A DNA stretch of 64,000 nucleotides from Chthoniobacterales bacterium (GTDB lineage Bacteria > Verrucomicrobiota > Verrucomicrobiia > Chthoniobacterales > Chthoniobacteraceae), in assembly GCA_038207335.1 (NCBI GenBank), contig JBBQZX010000018.1, forward strand, positions 1 to 64,000, in the 5' to 3' direction. A program made the position numbers and the translations under genes. Positions 1 to 9,874 of this stretch are shown in pieces; the first letter of the stretch is position 1, and each line of letters begins with the position of its first letter. The notes under the pieces are model-generated. The model ran no database searches, was not told the DNA's origin, and saw only the letters and a list, made by a program, of their open reading frames with translations.

Positions 1-824
1 TATTTCACGTCGCCATCGCCCGCGACCAGATCGGGAATGTAGTTCTCGGTGAACTCGGTGAAGATGATGTTGAGCGATTTGCGCAGGAAATTCGCCAGCA
101 CGTTGAGCCGGCCGCGGTGCGCCATGCCCATGCAAATCTCCTCGATGCCCGAGCCCGGACACTTGTGCAGGATCGTGTCGAGGATCACCATGAGCGATTC
201 CGCGCCCTGGAGTGAAAAACGTTTTTGCCCGACGTAGCTGGTGTGCAAAAAAACTTCGAACGACTCCGCTTCCATCAGCGCGCGGAGCAGCGCCACCTGC
301 ACTTCGCGCGACGTCGCCTCCGCGCCCGCGCGCGATTCCAGCCGGTGCCGCACCCAATTACGAATGCGCGGATTCTGGATGTGCATGAACTCCGCGCCGA
401 TGCTCTCGCAATAGGTCGCCTCGAGGGTGCCGATCATCTCACGCAGCCGCATTCGCCGCCCGCCGAGGTAAAATTTCGAGCTGACTTCGAGGTCGAGGTC
501 TTTGTTGTCAAAGCCGAGTTCGCGCAGTCTGAGCATCGGATTTTCCGGCCGCGCCTCTGCGAGCGGATCAAGCGTGGCGATGGTGTGGCCGAGCGTGCGA
601 TAGGCATACACGAGACCATCCACGCGGGTCTGGAGCGTCGCTGGCGAATCGTGTGCTGGAGCGGCTTTAGCGGTGGCTCCATTTTTCGACTGCACGGAGC
701 CGAGTTCGAAGCCGTCGAAAAACGCGGCCCAATTCGGATCAACTGAAGCAGGGTCGCGCCGCCAGAGTTCGTAGTTTTGGTCGAGAAGATCGGCGTTGGA
801 GCGAGCGGCAAACGAAGTGGCCAT
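1..824 (-). CDS. sucA: 2-oxoglutarate dehydrogenase E1 component (5' part; runs off the window)
   Basis: Not in the ORF track. Manual translation from ATG at 824 gives MATSFAARSNADLLDQNYELWRRDPASVDPNW...GQKRFSLQGAESL...GMAHRGRLNVL...GDGDVK, diagnostic SucA motifs. Confidence 0.95.
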   Translation of the reverse strand, partial: MATSFAARSNADLLDQNYELWRRDPASVDPNWAAFFDGFELGSVQSKNGATAKAAPAHDSPATLQTRVDGLVYAYRTLGHTIATLDPLAEARPENPMLRLRELGFDNKDLDLEVSSKFYLGGRRMRLREMIGTLEATYCESIGAEFMHIQNPRIRNWVRHRLESRAGAEATSREVQVALLRALMEAESFEVFLHTSYVGQKRFSLQGAESLMVILDTILHKCPGSGIEEICMGMAHRGRLNVLANFLRKSLNIIFTEFTENYIPDLVAGDGDVK

Positions 825-889
825 AAAAGTGGAGCGCGGAACTTAGGCGGGGTGCGAAAACGCTCCAAACGAAATTCGCGAGCGGGATA

Positions 890-3211
890 TCACCGTTCGC
901 CGCCAATCCTCGGAAGCGCTTTGGGACGCCACTTGGGCTTCGAGAGCGTGTCGTCCGAGACGTATTCAAAAAGCTTGCTGACCGGATAGAGCATCACGCC
1001 CGGCAGCCCGCGCGCATTGATTCGCATCGTGAAATCCATCGCGTCATTGAGGAACATCAGTTTCCCCGCGCCGATCATACTGAAGCCCGTTCCCTCGACC
1101 ACGAGCTTGTCCGTCGCGATCACACCATCGCTGATCGTGAAAGCCGCTGACGCCCGATGCGCCACGTCGTGGCCGAGTCCGGGAACGATGCCATTCAGGA
1201 TGCCCGAGAACGGCCCGAGGAACGGAATCGCGAACACATTTCCATCGTGAACCTCGACCTCACCGCGCCCGCGCATCGTGCGCGGATCGTCGCCGCGGCC
1301 TGTGAAACTGTAGGCCCCGCTCATGCTCCCGCGCGAACCGTCGTAGTTGAAATAGAGCTTCGTGAGGCTGGCGAAGTCAATGTTCTCCACCTCGAGCGAG
1401 ACGCTGTGACCCGGCCGCCCCTTCACGATGGAAATGTCGGCATCACCCCGCAACCGGCCTCCGAACAGGCTTGCGGAGAGATCGGTGATTTTCAGCCAGT
1501 CGTCGGTGAAGAGTAATTTCGCCGAACACTGCGGCGCGCTGAGGTTCTTTTTGAGAAAGGTGTAATCCATCCCCGCGGGAGCATCGACGTCGATGACGAG
1601 GTGGGTCGTCTTGCCGTGCTTGATGTGGACGATCCCGTTGACGAAGACGTTCGGCGGCTTTCTTGGAAAGCGATACGGCTCGATGTCTTTCAAGATTTCC
1701 GGGACAAACCAAACGATGACTTCCGCCGGATTCACGCTCGCGTGGATGTCGTCGAGGTGCACTTCGTCTCGCGCGAAATCGACCGTCACCGCGCCGCTTC
1801 CAGTGCCCTCCTCGCGGCGCAACTTGAACGGATCGATCGTGAGCTTTCGCCCGCCATAACGCACCGTCGCGACGAGACTTTCCGAACGCGAGTTGCGAAA
1901 GCTCGCGCGTCCGATTTTCACCTCCGCGCTCGCGGAAAATGCGTCGAGTTTCGGCGATTTTCCACGCGCAGTGAGGACGATTTCCGGTGAATCCGTGAAG
2001 TCGAACTGCGAAAAAACGTCGGCCGCTTTTCCCGTGAAAAAAGGGACAAGGACTCGCGGATTGATCGTGCTGCGGAGCCCTGCGCGAAAATCGCCCGGCA
2101 ACTGCATCGCGTCGCCAGCGAGTTCTCCGGTGCGATGCACGAGCCGTGCGTCGCGTACGCTCCAGCTTCCATCCTGCCAGGAAAAATCCGCGGCGAGGCT
2201 CTCGAACGCGAGCGAGCGGTAGCTGAAACGCGGGAACGCCACATGCCCGATGACCTGCATCGCGGGCAGCTCGTGAAGATTTCCCTGCGCTGTGAGATCG
2301 ATCGAGGGCGCGACGGAAAATGCCAGGTCGGCGGCCACACCGCCGGGCTGGAAATTTCGCGCGATCGCCCCGGCGTCGAGCTTGGAGCGGAGTCGTAGGT
2401 TCACCGCCTGCGTTTTCAAATGAAGGTCGCCGCTCGCTTGGAGCGCGCCTTTTTTATCGGTCGCGGTGAGTTGCCGCAGCTCAATCGTGCCGTCGCGGAA
2501 ACAGCCCTCGGCGTGGAGGCTTGTGAGCCGCAGATCGCCTCGCTGAATTTTGTGCGTATCGAGTATTGCCTCGACGAAAATCTTCTCCGGCTCCGCGACA
2601 TCGCCGCTAAATCGCAGATCGAGCCGCGGCGATCCGCCATCGAATTTCAGCGCCTTCAACTCTTCCACCACGCGCTCGATCGCGGCAGTCGCGGAGCCGT
2701 CGCCGGGCTTTTGACGAAAAGCTTGCGGGTTGATGAGACGGCCGCCTGCGGTGATCTGGACGCCGTAAATTTCCGCCGAGAGGCGGCTGAGGTAGAGCTG
2801 TTTCGGCGGCAGCAACAGCCTTCCGCTCAGCCTCCGCACATCGATGGACGGCCCTCGCGAGTTTCGCGCGTCGATCGGAATCGTGAGGCGTGCGTCGCTG
2901 AGGTCGAGCGCTTCGATGAACTGCTCGCCTTTGAAAAAGTTCGCAAAATTGATTACGAGGAGGACCTCGTCCACGACCGCGAGCGTTCGTTTTCGCTCCC
3001 GCGAATCGTAAATTTTAACATCCCGCGCGACGATGCCGCGGAACGGCTCGAGCGCGAGCTGGCGCAGCGACATCTCGACTCCTCGTTTGTGAAATTCGGA
3101 AGAGACGAAAGCGCGCCATTTTCTAGTAAATCCCTTTTCGTATGCGTACCAGCCGAACCCGATCGCTGCGCCAAAACACAGCGCGAGAAGGATGTAAACG
3201 GCACGGCGCAT
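890..3211 (-). CDS. AsmA-like family protein (N-terminal membrane anchor, beta-rich body)
   Basis: 773 aa; one N-terminal TM helix; repetitive beta-strand segments; C-terminal region typical of AsmA-like proteins. Confidence 0.7.
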   Translation of the reverse strand: MRRAVYILLALCFGAAIGFGWYAYEKGFTRKWRAFVSSEFHKRGVEMSLRQLALEPFRGIVARDVKIYDSRERKRTLAVVDEVLLVINFANFFKGEQFIEALDLSDARLTIPIDARNSRGPSIDVRRLSGRLLLPPKQLYLSRLSAEIYGVQITAGGRLINPQAFRQKPGDGSATAAIERVVEELKALKFDGGSPRLDLRFSGDVAEPEKIFVEAILDTHKIQRGDLRLTSLHAEGCFRDGTIELRQLTATDKKGALQASGDLHLKTQAVNLRLRSKLDAGAIARNFQPGGVAADLAFSVAPSIDLTAQGNLHELPAMQVIGHVAFPRFSYRSLAFESLAADFSWQDGSWSVRDARLVHRTGELAGDAMQLPGDFRAGLRSTINPRVLVPFFTGKAADVFSQFDFTDSPEIVLTARGKSPKLDAFSASAEVKIGRASFRNSRSESLVATVRYGGRKLTIDPFKLRREEGTGSGAVTVDFARDEVHLDDIHASVNPAEVIVWFVPEILKDIEPYRFPRKPPNVFVNGIVHIKHGKTTHLVIDVDAPAGMDYTFLKKNLSAPQCSAKLLFTDDWLKITDLSASLFGGRLRGDADISIVKGRPGHSVSLEVENIDFASLTKLYFNYDGSRGSMSGAYSFTGRGDDPRTMRGRGEVEVHDGNVFAIPFLGPFSGILNGIVPGLGHDVAHRASAAFTISDGVIATDKLVVEGTGFSMIGAGKLMFLNDAMDFTMRINARGLPGVMLYPVSKLFEYVSDDTLSKPKWRPKALPRIGGER

Positions 3212-3293
3212 CGGGTGGAATCATTCGGGTGCGCGCGACCGGAAATCAATGGCCGAGCGCAGCGGCACACGCGATGCTTACGCAGGAGTTCCG

Positions 3294-3992
3294 ATGATCA
3301 AAGCAAACTGTCGGGATCGGTTCACGGCGGACGATTTTCAATTCGTCGTGAAGACACTCTCCAACTCGGAGCGGGACTCAATCACCCTCGTCGAACTCCT
3401 CACGGATGCCGACGCGCGGGACTGCATTCTCGATCACCCGCGACTGCTCGCCGCGGTGCTCGAAGACTCGGCGGCGCTGCACATTTCGCCGCAGCTCTAC
3501 TTCTACGTTTTGATCCGCCATGTGCTGAAAGAGACAGCGCTCGCGGATCGGGCGGTCAGCGATTACGTCGCGTCGCTGCTGGAAAACTTTTCGCAGACCG
3601 CTCGAATGCGTTCGCCCGCGGATGGGCAAACCGCGCCGATCCAATATCTCTCCGACATGATGATCGCGCTGCGCGATGCGTCGCCCTCTCAGACGTTTTT
3701 GATCCGCGCCCACGTCGGAAATTACTCACTCTTCCTCACCGGGATTTTTCACGAAACCGTCGCGCGACGCTCACAGCGTGGCGGGCCGGGTGTCTCTTTT
3801 TATGAGGAACTCGGAAGCACGAGTTTCAAGGCGGTCGCCACGCATCACGTCGCGCGCTCGGCTTCGCTCAGCGGGATTTACGAGCAGCTTGGCGCGGGAT
3901 TTCACGACCTGCGGCTCGCGCTGAACCGGCTCTCGGACACGCTGCTCCATCTCGACTCCACCCGCTCGCCGGGCCACCTCATCGCCGCGTGA
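3294..3992 (+). CDS. Conserved hypothetical helical protein
   Basis: MIKANCRDRFTADDF...VGNYSLFLTGIF; genome-like codon usage; stop overlaps the next start (GTGA). Confidence 0.75.
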   Translation: MIKANCRDRFTADDFQFVVKTLSNSERDSITLVELLTDADARDCILDHPRLLAAVLEDSAALHISPQLYFYVLIRHVLKETALADRAVSDYVASLLENFSQTARMRSPADGQTAPIQYLSDMMIALRDASPSQTFLIRAHVGNYSLFLTGIFHETVARRSQRGGPGVSFYEELGSTSFKAVATHHVARSASLSGIYEQLGAGFHDLRLALNRLSDTLLHLDSTRSPGHLIAA

Positions 3993-4690
3993 GCGCCACG
4001 CTCTTCAGCGAAATCCAGCGGCTCTTCGAGCGCACCTACGCGCAGGTCGGGATCAATCTCGAAGACTGCCTCATCGGCCGCCAGCGCTGCGGGCAGCTCA
4101 GCCGCGCGGCGGGCGCGGCTGCGCGCGAGCTGAGCGATCTCGCGCGAACTTTTCTGCGCCGCACCGGCGATCAGCTTTACATCGGCATCTACTACTCGCA
4201 GTGGCTCATCGAGCAGCTCGAGAAAAACGATCCGCGCCGCGGCGTGAGCGACGCGAACATTCGGCAGCTCATCGCGTTCATCGAGGAGATCAATCACGCG
4301 CTGCACGCGTCGCTGCAATTCCAGCGGGGCGTGCGCGAGATCCACAGCGAAGAATACGCGCGCAACCTCGAGCTCCAGGCGCAGGTCGATACGTATCTCG
4401 TGCTCCTGCTCTTCATCGGCTTCTTCCGCAAGACGCAGAAAGTCTCGCGCGCCGACCGCCGCTGGCTGCGCTTTCACCTTTTCTCACGACACCACCCGCG
4501 GGCATACGCCGACGCAAATCTGCGCGGCCGCTACCTCGAAACGACCGAACTCGCCGAGCAATACACGCGCTGCCTCGACGCGCTAAACGGGGCTCGGCGC
4601 ATCGATGAAATCCGCATATTCCACGCCCTCGACTACGGCGCGAAAAAGCAGCGCATCCTCGCCCTGAAAGACATCGAGCGAGCGGAGTAA
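3989..4690 (+). CDS. Conserved hypothetical protein (EEINH / ELQAQVD motifs)
   Basis: 233 aa; GTG start overlaps the upstream stop. Confidence 0.75.
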   Translation: MSATLFSEIQRLFERTYAQVGINLEDCLIGRQRCGQLSRAAGAAARELSDLARTFLRRTGDQLYIGIYYSQWLIEQLEKNDPRRGVSDANIRQLIAFIEEINHALHASLQFQRGVREIHSEEYARNLELQAQVDTYLVLLLFIGFFRKTQKVSRADRRWLRFHLFSRHHPRAYADANLRGRYLETTELAEQYTRCLDALNGARRIDEIRIFHALDYGAKKQRILALKDIERAE

Positions 4691-4810
4691 ACTGGAGTGC
4701 TCGCTCTGTCGATTGCTTCGGGACAACACACCCCTTGCGCCGACTGCGGGGTGCCATCCAGCGTGCTCTCTCCGGTCCCCGTGCCTGTGCGCGCGTTCTC
4801 CGGTCGCGAC

Positions 4811-5620
4811 TCACGCCCGACGCAGCGCCCCGATGCCACTGATGGCCACCAGCAGCACGCCGAAGACGCACACAATCGCAGCCCCCGACGGCATGTCGAA
4901 ATAGAACGACAGGAGCAGCCCCACGACGCCTCCGACGAGCGACAGCACCCAGCCGATCAGCAACCGATCTCGCAAGCTCGTCGCGAGATTGATCCCGCAC
5001 ACCGCGGGCACGATGAGGTACGTGAAAATGAGCAGCACACCCGCGATGCGGACGAAGCTCGTGACCACGAATCCGAACGAAGCGTAAAAAAGAAAATCCC
5101 ACAGCCGCACCCGCAAACCCTGCTGGTAAGCGGCTTCGCGGTCGAACGACGCGAACGCGAATTTTCTCCGAAACGCAAAGTGAAACGCGCCGACGAGCGC
5201 GAAAAGGCCGAGGCATTTCCACACGTCGCCTGGCGTCACGAGCAGGATATTTCCCACCAACATGTTCTTGATTTCCTCATCCCCTTCCGCCGCCCGGCTA
5301 AGCATGAGCACCGCCGCCGCAGCGGCGACGACATAGCTGATTCCGATCACCGCTTCCTGCGGCACCTTGCTTTCGCGCTTGCCCGTGAGCGAGAAGATCG
5401 CGGCGCCGACGAACGTGAAGCCAAGCGCGATGGCGAAGGTCGCCGGACTTTCCAAATCGAGATGCAAAAGCACCGCAAGACAGATGCCGAGCGAGGCCAT
5501 CTGCGCCATCGCGATGTCGATGAAAATGATGCCGCGCGCGACGACATGCAGGCCAAGATAGACGAGCAGCCACGGCAGTAAAACGCAGGCCGCGATGGGC
5601 CAGAACATGACTTCCCACAT
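4811..5620 (-). CDS. Metal (Zn/Mn) ABC transporter permease, ZnuB/ABC-3 family
   Basis: Multi-pass hydrophobic protein; GLHVVARGIIFIDIAMAQ, EAVIG and GVLLIFTYLIVPA motifs. Confidence 0.9.
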   Translation of the reverse strand: MWEVMFWPIAACVLLPWLLVYLGLHVVARGIIFIDIAMAQMASLGICLAVLLHLDLESPATFAIALGFTFVGAAIFSLTGKRESKVPQEAVIGISYVVAAAAAVLMLSRAAEGDEEIKNMLVGNILLVTPGDVWKCLGLFALVGAFHFAFRRKFAFASFDREAAYQQGLRVRLWDFLFYASFGFVVTSFVRIAGVLLIFTYLIVPAVCGINLATSLRDRLLIGWVLSLVGGVVGLLLSFYFDMPSGAAIVCVFGVLLVAISGIGALRRA

Positions 5621-5623
5621 GGC

Positions 5624-6520
5624 TTATTTCAAAGCCGCGGCGACGGCGGCGACGAGTTGATCGATGTGTGCGGTGTAGCTTTCGGCGGGGCCGGGAAATT
5701 GCCCGGCATCGACGACGTGTGCGCCAGTGGAGCTGGCAACCTTTTCGGCAATCTTCCGATTCTGAAACGGCTCGACGAGGATCGCCTTGATGTGATCGGT
5801 CTTGATCTTCCCGATTACGTCCGCGAGGTGCGACGGCGATGGTGGGATGCCCGGCTTCGGCTCGAGGAATGTCTCGAGCGCGAAACCGAAACGGTGCGCG
5901 AAATAGACCCACGAATCGTGATACGCGGCGAGCTGCTGGCCCTTGAATGGCAGCAGCTCGCGGCCCCATTCCTGGAGCTTCGCGTTGATCTCCGTTTCAA
6001 ACTTCGCGGAATTCGCCTGAAAGCCCGCCGCATTCGCCGGATCAAGCGTGGCAAAGGCTTGCGCGATATGCTGAGCCACCGCTTTCGCGATGATTGGGTC
6101 CACCATGAAGTGCGGATTTCCCGATGCGTGGACATCGCCCGCGGCACGCGAAAGCGTGGCCGGGACATCCATCAGGCGGATGCCTTGAGAGGCCACCACG
6201 CGGCCCGGTTTTCCCGCTTCGATCTTCTCGTTGCGCGCATTTTGCAGGAGCGGCGGTAGCCAGCCGACTTCTAGTTCTGCGCCGCCTTCGATGAGCACGT
6301 CGGCAGTGCGGAGTTTGACGACGAAGCTCGGCCGCGCATCGACGAAATGCGGATCCTCGGTCGGCTTCGCGAGCGATGTGACATCGACTTTGTCGCCGCC
6401 GATTTCGCGCGCGAGCGCGGCGTAGTCAGGCAGAGTGGCCACGACGTTGAGTTTCGCCTGCGCGCTCGGCAGCAGGGCCGCGGCGAGCGCCGCGATGAGG
6501 ATGATGGATCTGATTTTCAT
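5624..6520 (-). CDS. Metal ABC transporter substrate-binding protein (ZnuA/TroA family)
   Basis: Signal peptide; VVAT, DPHF, GDVHASGNPHF, YHDSW and EPKPGIPPSPSHL motifs. Confidence 0.92.
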   Translation of the reverse strand: MKIRSIILIAALAAALLPSAQAKLNVVATLPDYAALAREIGGDKVDVTSLAKPTEDPHFVDARPSFVVKLRTADVLIEGGAELEVGWLPPLLQNARNEKIEAGKPGRVVASQGIRLMDVPATLSRAAGDVHASGNPHFMVDPIIAKAVAQHIAQAFATLDPANAAGFQANSAKFETEINAKLQEWGRELLPFKGQQLAAYHDSWVYFAHRFGFALETFLEPKPGIPPSPSHLADVIGKIKTDHIKAILVEPFQNRKIAEKVASSTGAHVVDAGQFPGPAESYTAHIDQLVAAVAAALK

Positions 6521-6535
6521 GGGTTTTTGGGTTGG

Positions 6536-8119
6536 CTAAAACTTGTGTGCGCCGTGTGCGCCGAGCGCGAATTCGAACTGGAGGAAGACGGAATCAACGT
6601 CGCGTCCGCCGAGGAAATGAGAGGCTTCGAGGAAGTCGTGATTGTATTGCAGGCGGAGCTTCGAGAACTCGGACGTGAACCACGTCAGGTCCGCCGAGAG
6701 CCGCCATCGGCTCTGCCGCTCCGGGTCATCGGTGAGTTGGGAGTCGGTCATGTGCAGGTAGTCGCCGCGCACGCCCGCGGCCCAGCCGGTCTTGAATCCC
6801 CACACGACCTGCGAATATGCACCCCAGTCGCGGAATATCTCGCTCGCCGCGAACGAATCATCGAGCCCGCGCCCGGCCTCGAAGCGGCGATACATCGCCT
6901 CGGTCTGCCACTTCACATACGGCCAACCGCCGCCGGCGTTGTCGGGCTTCCATTTGTAAAAAGCATCGACCGCGTAGATCTGCGAGTGCGCGTTTGCGCC
7001 GGTGTCGTTCGGGCCAAAAGCAGCGGAGATGCCGGTGAGCAAAGTCTTCGTGCTGCCGAAGTCGAACGCGCTTTCCCAGCGCGGGACGAAGACGAAATCC
7101 TGAATGCCACGGAGCTGCCGGTCGATCGTTTCGCGGCCGGCAAACTTGCCGTCGTCGCCGGTATTGCGGAACGAAAAGCCGGTGCCGCCTTCGCCATTTT
7201 GCACCGCGAGGATGAGCTGCGAATACCAAGGCGTCGGGACGATCCACGACGCCTGCACGCCGACGCCGCGCAGTCCATCCGGCCCGAGCAGCCGCCCTTG
7301 GACGAGCGGCGCGTCGATGAAATCCCACGTGTGCGGGTGCATCGAATTGATGCGTCCGAACTGCGAGAAATACTGCCCGGCTTTCACCTGCAAATTCCAC
7401 GGCAGGCTCGTCGTCTGCGCGAACGCCTCCTCGACTTCGACCGACGTTTCATTCTGCGGGTCGAGCTTGAAGACGATGTTCGCAAAGCCCTCGAAATACG
7501 GATCGACCGCGCCGTCGAAAACGAGCTCCGTGTTGCGCGCATTGAATCCGCGGTGGATCGGGTCGTGGTCGCCGACTTCGATGATGTCGAGGTCTCGAGC
7601 GGTGGAGGCGGCGGCGTTGATGAGCACGTCTAGCGAGATGTTCAGATACATCTTCGAGCCGCCTCCCAGCGTGATCGGCGGTCCGCCGAGCGTCGGCCCC
7701 GCCACGACCGAAGTGTCGATCGTCGGCATGATTTCCGATGCCGCCGCGGGCTGTGCCGAAGCCGGCGCGCGCGAGGAAACGAGCGCGTCGTCCGTTGTCG
7801 GAAACTCCATTTTCGGCGGAGCCGCGGACGGCGCTGGCACGTTGGGAGGCGTGAGCGACGGCCCGGCAGCTTCCCCTTTTCCCGAGGGAAGCGGAGGCGC
7901 GGTGCTCGTCGCCGCCGAAGTTTGCAGCGCCTCGATGAGCGTCTGCTGATCAGTGAGCTGTTTCTTTAAGGCATCGATTTCCTGCTGATGCTGCGTCTGC
8001 ATTTGGCGGATGCTTTCCTGCATCGCCGCAAGTTGATCCTGGATTGTGCCGGGCTTGGAATCCTCCGCACCGAGCGCGCCGGAAGCGCACAGCGCGAGAG
8101 CTGCGAGATATTTTTTCAA
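6536..8119 (-). CDS. Outer-membrane beta-barrel metal porin/receptor with N-terminal coiled coil
   Basis: Probable TTG start (LKKYLAAL... signal peptide); coiled coil, Pro-rich linker, then barrel with HDP and HPH; ends GAHGAHKF. Start is inferred. Confidence 0.8.
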   Translation of the reverse strand: MKKYLAALALCASGALGAEDSKPGTIQDQLAAMQESIRQMQTQHQQEIDALKKQLTDQQTLIEALQTSAATSTAPPLPSGKGEAAGPSLTPPNVPAPSAAPPKMEFPTTDDALVSSRAPASAQPAAASEIMPTIDTSVVAGPTLGGPPITLGGGSKMYLNISLDVLINAAASTARDLDIIEVGDHDPIHRGFNARNTELVFDGAVDPYFEGFANIVFKLDPQNETSVEVEEAFAQTTSLPWNLQVKAGQYFSQFGRINSMHPHTWDFIDAPLVQGRLLGPDGLRGVGVQASWIVPTPWYSQLILAVQNGEGGTGFSFRNTGDDGKFAGRETIDRQLRGIQDFVFVPRWESAFDFGSTKTLLTGISAAFGPNDTGANAHSQIYAVDAFYKWKPDNAGGGWPYVKWQTEAMYRRFEAGRGLDDSFAASEIFRDWGAYSQVVWGFKTGWAAGVRGDYLHMTDSQLTDDPERQSRWRLSADLTWFTSEFSKLRLQYNHDFLEASHFLGGRDVDSVFLQFEFALGAHGAHKF

Positions 8120-8194
8120 AGTGAAAGCGAGAGAGATTTTCTGCGTGGTTGGATGAATGGAGGGCGTTCGCCGACAGGGCGGATGCGCGTGAAA

Positions 8195-8240
8195 GACAGG
8201 CGTCTCGCCTGTCACGGCAGACAGGCGTTCGCCGCCTGTC
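8195..8240. repeat. Two tandem REP-like palindromes (GACAGGCG...CGCCTGTC)
   Basis: gacaggcgtctcgcctgtc at 8195-8213 and gacaggcgttcgccgcctgtc at 8220-8240. Confidence 0.75.
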
Positions 8241-8284
8241 ACGAGTTCGAAGGACCAGCAGCCGGGAGGGCCGCGTTCCGCTCG

Positions 8285-8605
8285 TTACCCGCGCGCCGGT
8301 GGCGCGTGTTCCAATATCCGCAGGACGCGGAAGATCCTCTCCACATGCTCACCCGCCGGCACCGGCGGTGAGCCGCTCTGCACCGCCAGAGCGACGATCA
8401 AAATCACCACCACAGCCGCCGCCTCCACACCGCCACCCGTAAATAACACCACCGCGCAATCGTGGTCGCCCGCGTGCGAATCCGCGTGCATCCGCTCGTG
8501 CAGCGTCGGCGACGCCGCCATCGCGAGGATCGCGAGAAAATGTGCGAGCAGGATCGCCCCGAGCACGCGCCGAAAGCGCGGAAGCTCGATTTGGAATGCT
8601 CGCAT
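8285..8605 (-). CDS. Small His-rich membrane/exported protein, DUF2946-like leader ORF
   Basis: 106 aa from ATG at 8605: hydrophobic N-terminus, HERMHADSHAGDHDC, C-terminal LEHAPPARG; directly upstream of the metal uptake genes. Confidence 0.7.
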   Translation of the reverse strand: MRAFQIELPRFRRVLGAILLAHFLAILAMAASPTLHERMHADSHAGDHDCAVVLFTGGGVEAAAVVVILIVALAVQSGSPPVPAGEHVERIFRVLRILEHAPPARG

Positions 8606-8732
8606 GGCCGGGACGTTTAACCGTCCCGCACCGGAACGCAAGCGCGCGACCGAGTTGCCGCGCGAGTCAAAAAAGCTTGTTTCGGCGGGACGCAGAAACC
8701 GAAACGCGGAACTACTCGCGCTCACGTCTCGC

Positions 8733-9812
8733 TCACAGCCGCACGCTGAAGTCGTCGCTTTCGGAAATCGACTCCGCCAACGCCGTCAGCAACGCGATCA
8801 CTTTCTCCACGTCGCCGAGATCGGCGGTCTCGACGACCGAGTGCATATAACGCAACGGCAGCGAGACGAGTGCGCTCGGGATGCCCTCGCCGGTGTTGAA
8901 AATCACGTCCGTATCCGTGCCGCTGTATCGCGACGAACTCTCGTGTTGAAGCGGCATCCCGAGCCGTTCGGCGACCCCCATGATGCGCGCGAGGACGAGC
9001 GGATGATTGCACGTCCCATGCGTGATGCTCGGCCCGCCGCCGAGCTTCACGTCGCCGTGGATGTCGTGCTCGATGCCGGGCGTGTCGGTCGCGTGCGTGA
9101 CATCGAGCACGAGGCAAAGATCGGGCATCAGCCGGTGCGCGACCATCTTCGCGCCGTGCCCGCCGATCTCCTCCTGTACGGCATTCACGGCGATCACGCT
9201 GCTGCGGAGCTGCTCGCGGCTGCGGCTCAGATTCGCGAGCACCTGCGCGATGATGAAGCCGCCGATGCGGTTGTCGATCGCACGGCTGACGATGCGATTT
9301 TTTCCGAAGACTTCGACGCGATCGATATACACCGCCGGGTGCCCGACGCGGATGCCGGCGCCCTTCACTTCGTCCGCCGAAGAAGCGCCGATATCGACGA
9401 AGAGCTCGTGAATCTGCGGCGATTTTTCGTCCTTGTTGTCTTTGCGCAGATGGATCGCGGTGTTGCCGATGAGCCCGCGAACAGGTCCATTTTCACCAAG
9501 AATATCGAGACGCCGTCCGCGCGCCGTGGCGGTGTCCGAGCCGCCGATGCGGTCGAGCCGGAGGAAGCCTTCTTTCGTGATGTGCTTCACGATGTAGCCG
9601 ATTTCGTCCGCGTGCGCTTCGAGCATCAGGCGCTTCGGCTTCGCGCCTTTTCCATCGAGCGTGGCCCACGCGGTGCCGTACGCATCATTTTCCACACGGT
9701 CGGAAAATGGGCGGACGTAAGCGGCCCATTTGCGCTGCCCGGCGAGTTCGAAGGCCGTCGGGCTCGGCGTGTTGAGGAGATCGAAGAGGAATGTTTTGGC
9801 TTGTTCTTCCAT
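8733..9812 (-). CDS. M42 family metallo-aminopeptidase
   Basis: AHADEIG, DNRIG, QEEIG, DVT, GTDTD and LRYMHS motifs; start MEEQAK. Confidence 0.9.
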   Translation of the reverse strand: MEEQAKTFLFDLLNTPSPTAFELAGQRKWAAYVRPFSDRVENDAYGTAWATLDGKGAKPKRLMLEAHADEIGYIVKHITKEGFLRLDRIGGSDTATARGRRLDILGENGPVRGLIGNTAIHLRKDNKDEKSPQIHELFVDIGASSADEVKGAGIRVGHPAVYIDRVEVFGKNRIVSRAIDNRIGGFIIAQVLANLSRSREQLRSSVIAVNAVQEEIGGHGAKMVAHRLMPDLCLVLDVTHATDTPGIEHDIHGDVKLGGGPSITHGTCNHPLVLARIMGVAERLGMPLQHESSSRYSGTDTDVIFNTGEGIPSALVSLPLRYMHSVVETADLGDVEKVIALLTALAESISESDDFSVRL

Positions 9813-9874
9813 GGCGCGAGCAGTGAGGGGAGACGCGCGATCTTCGTCCAGAAAAAGCGGCGTAAAGAGGCGAT

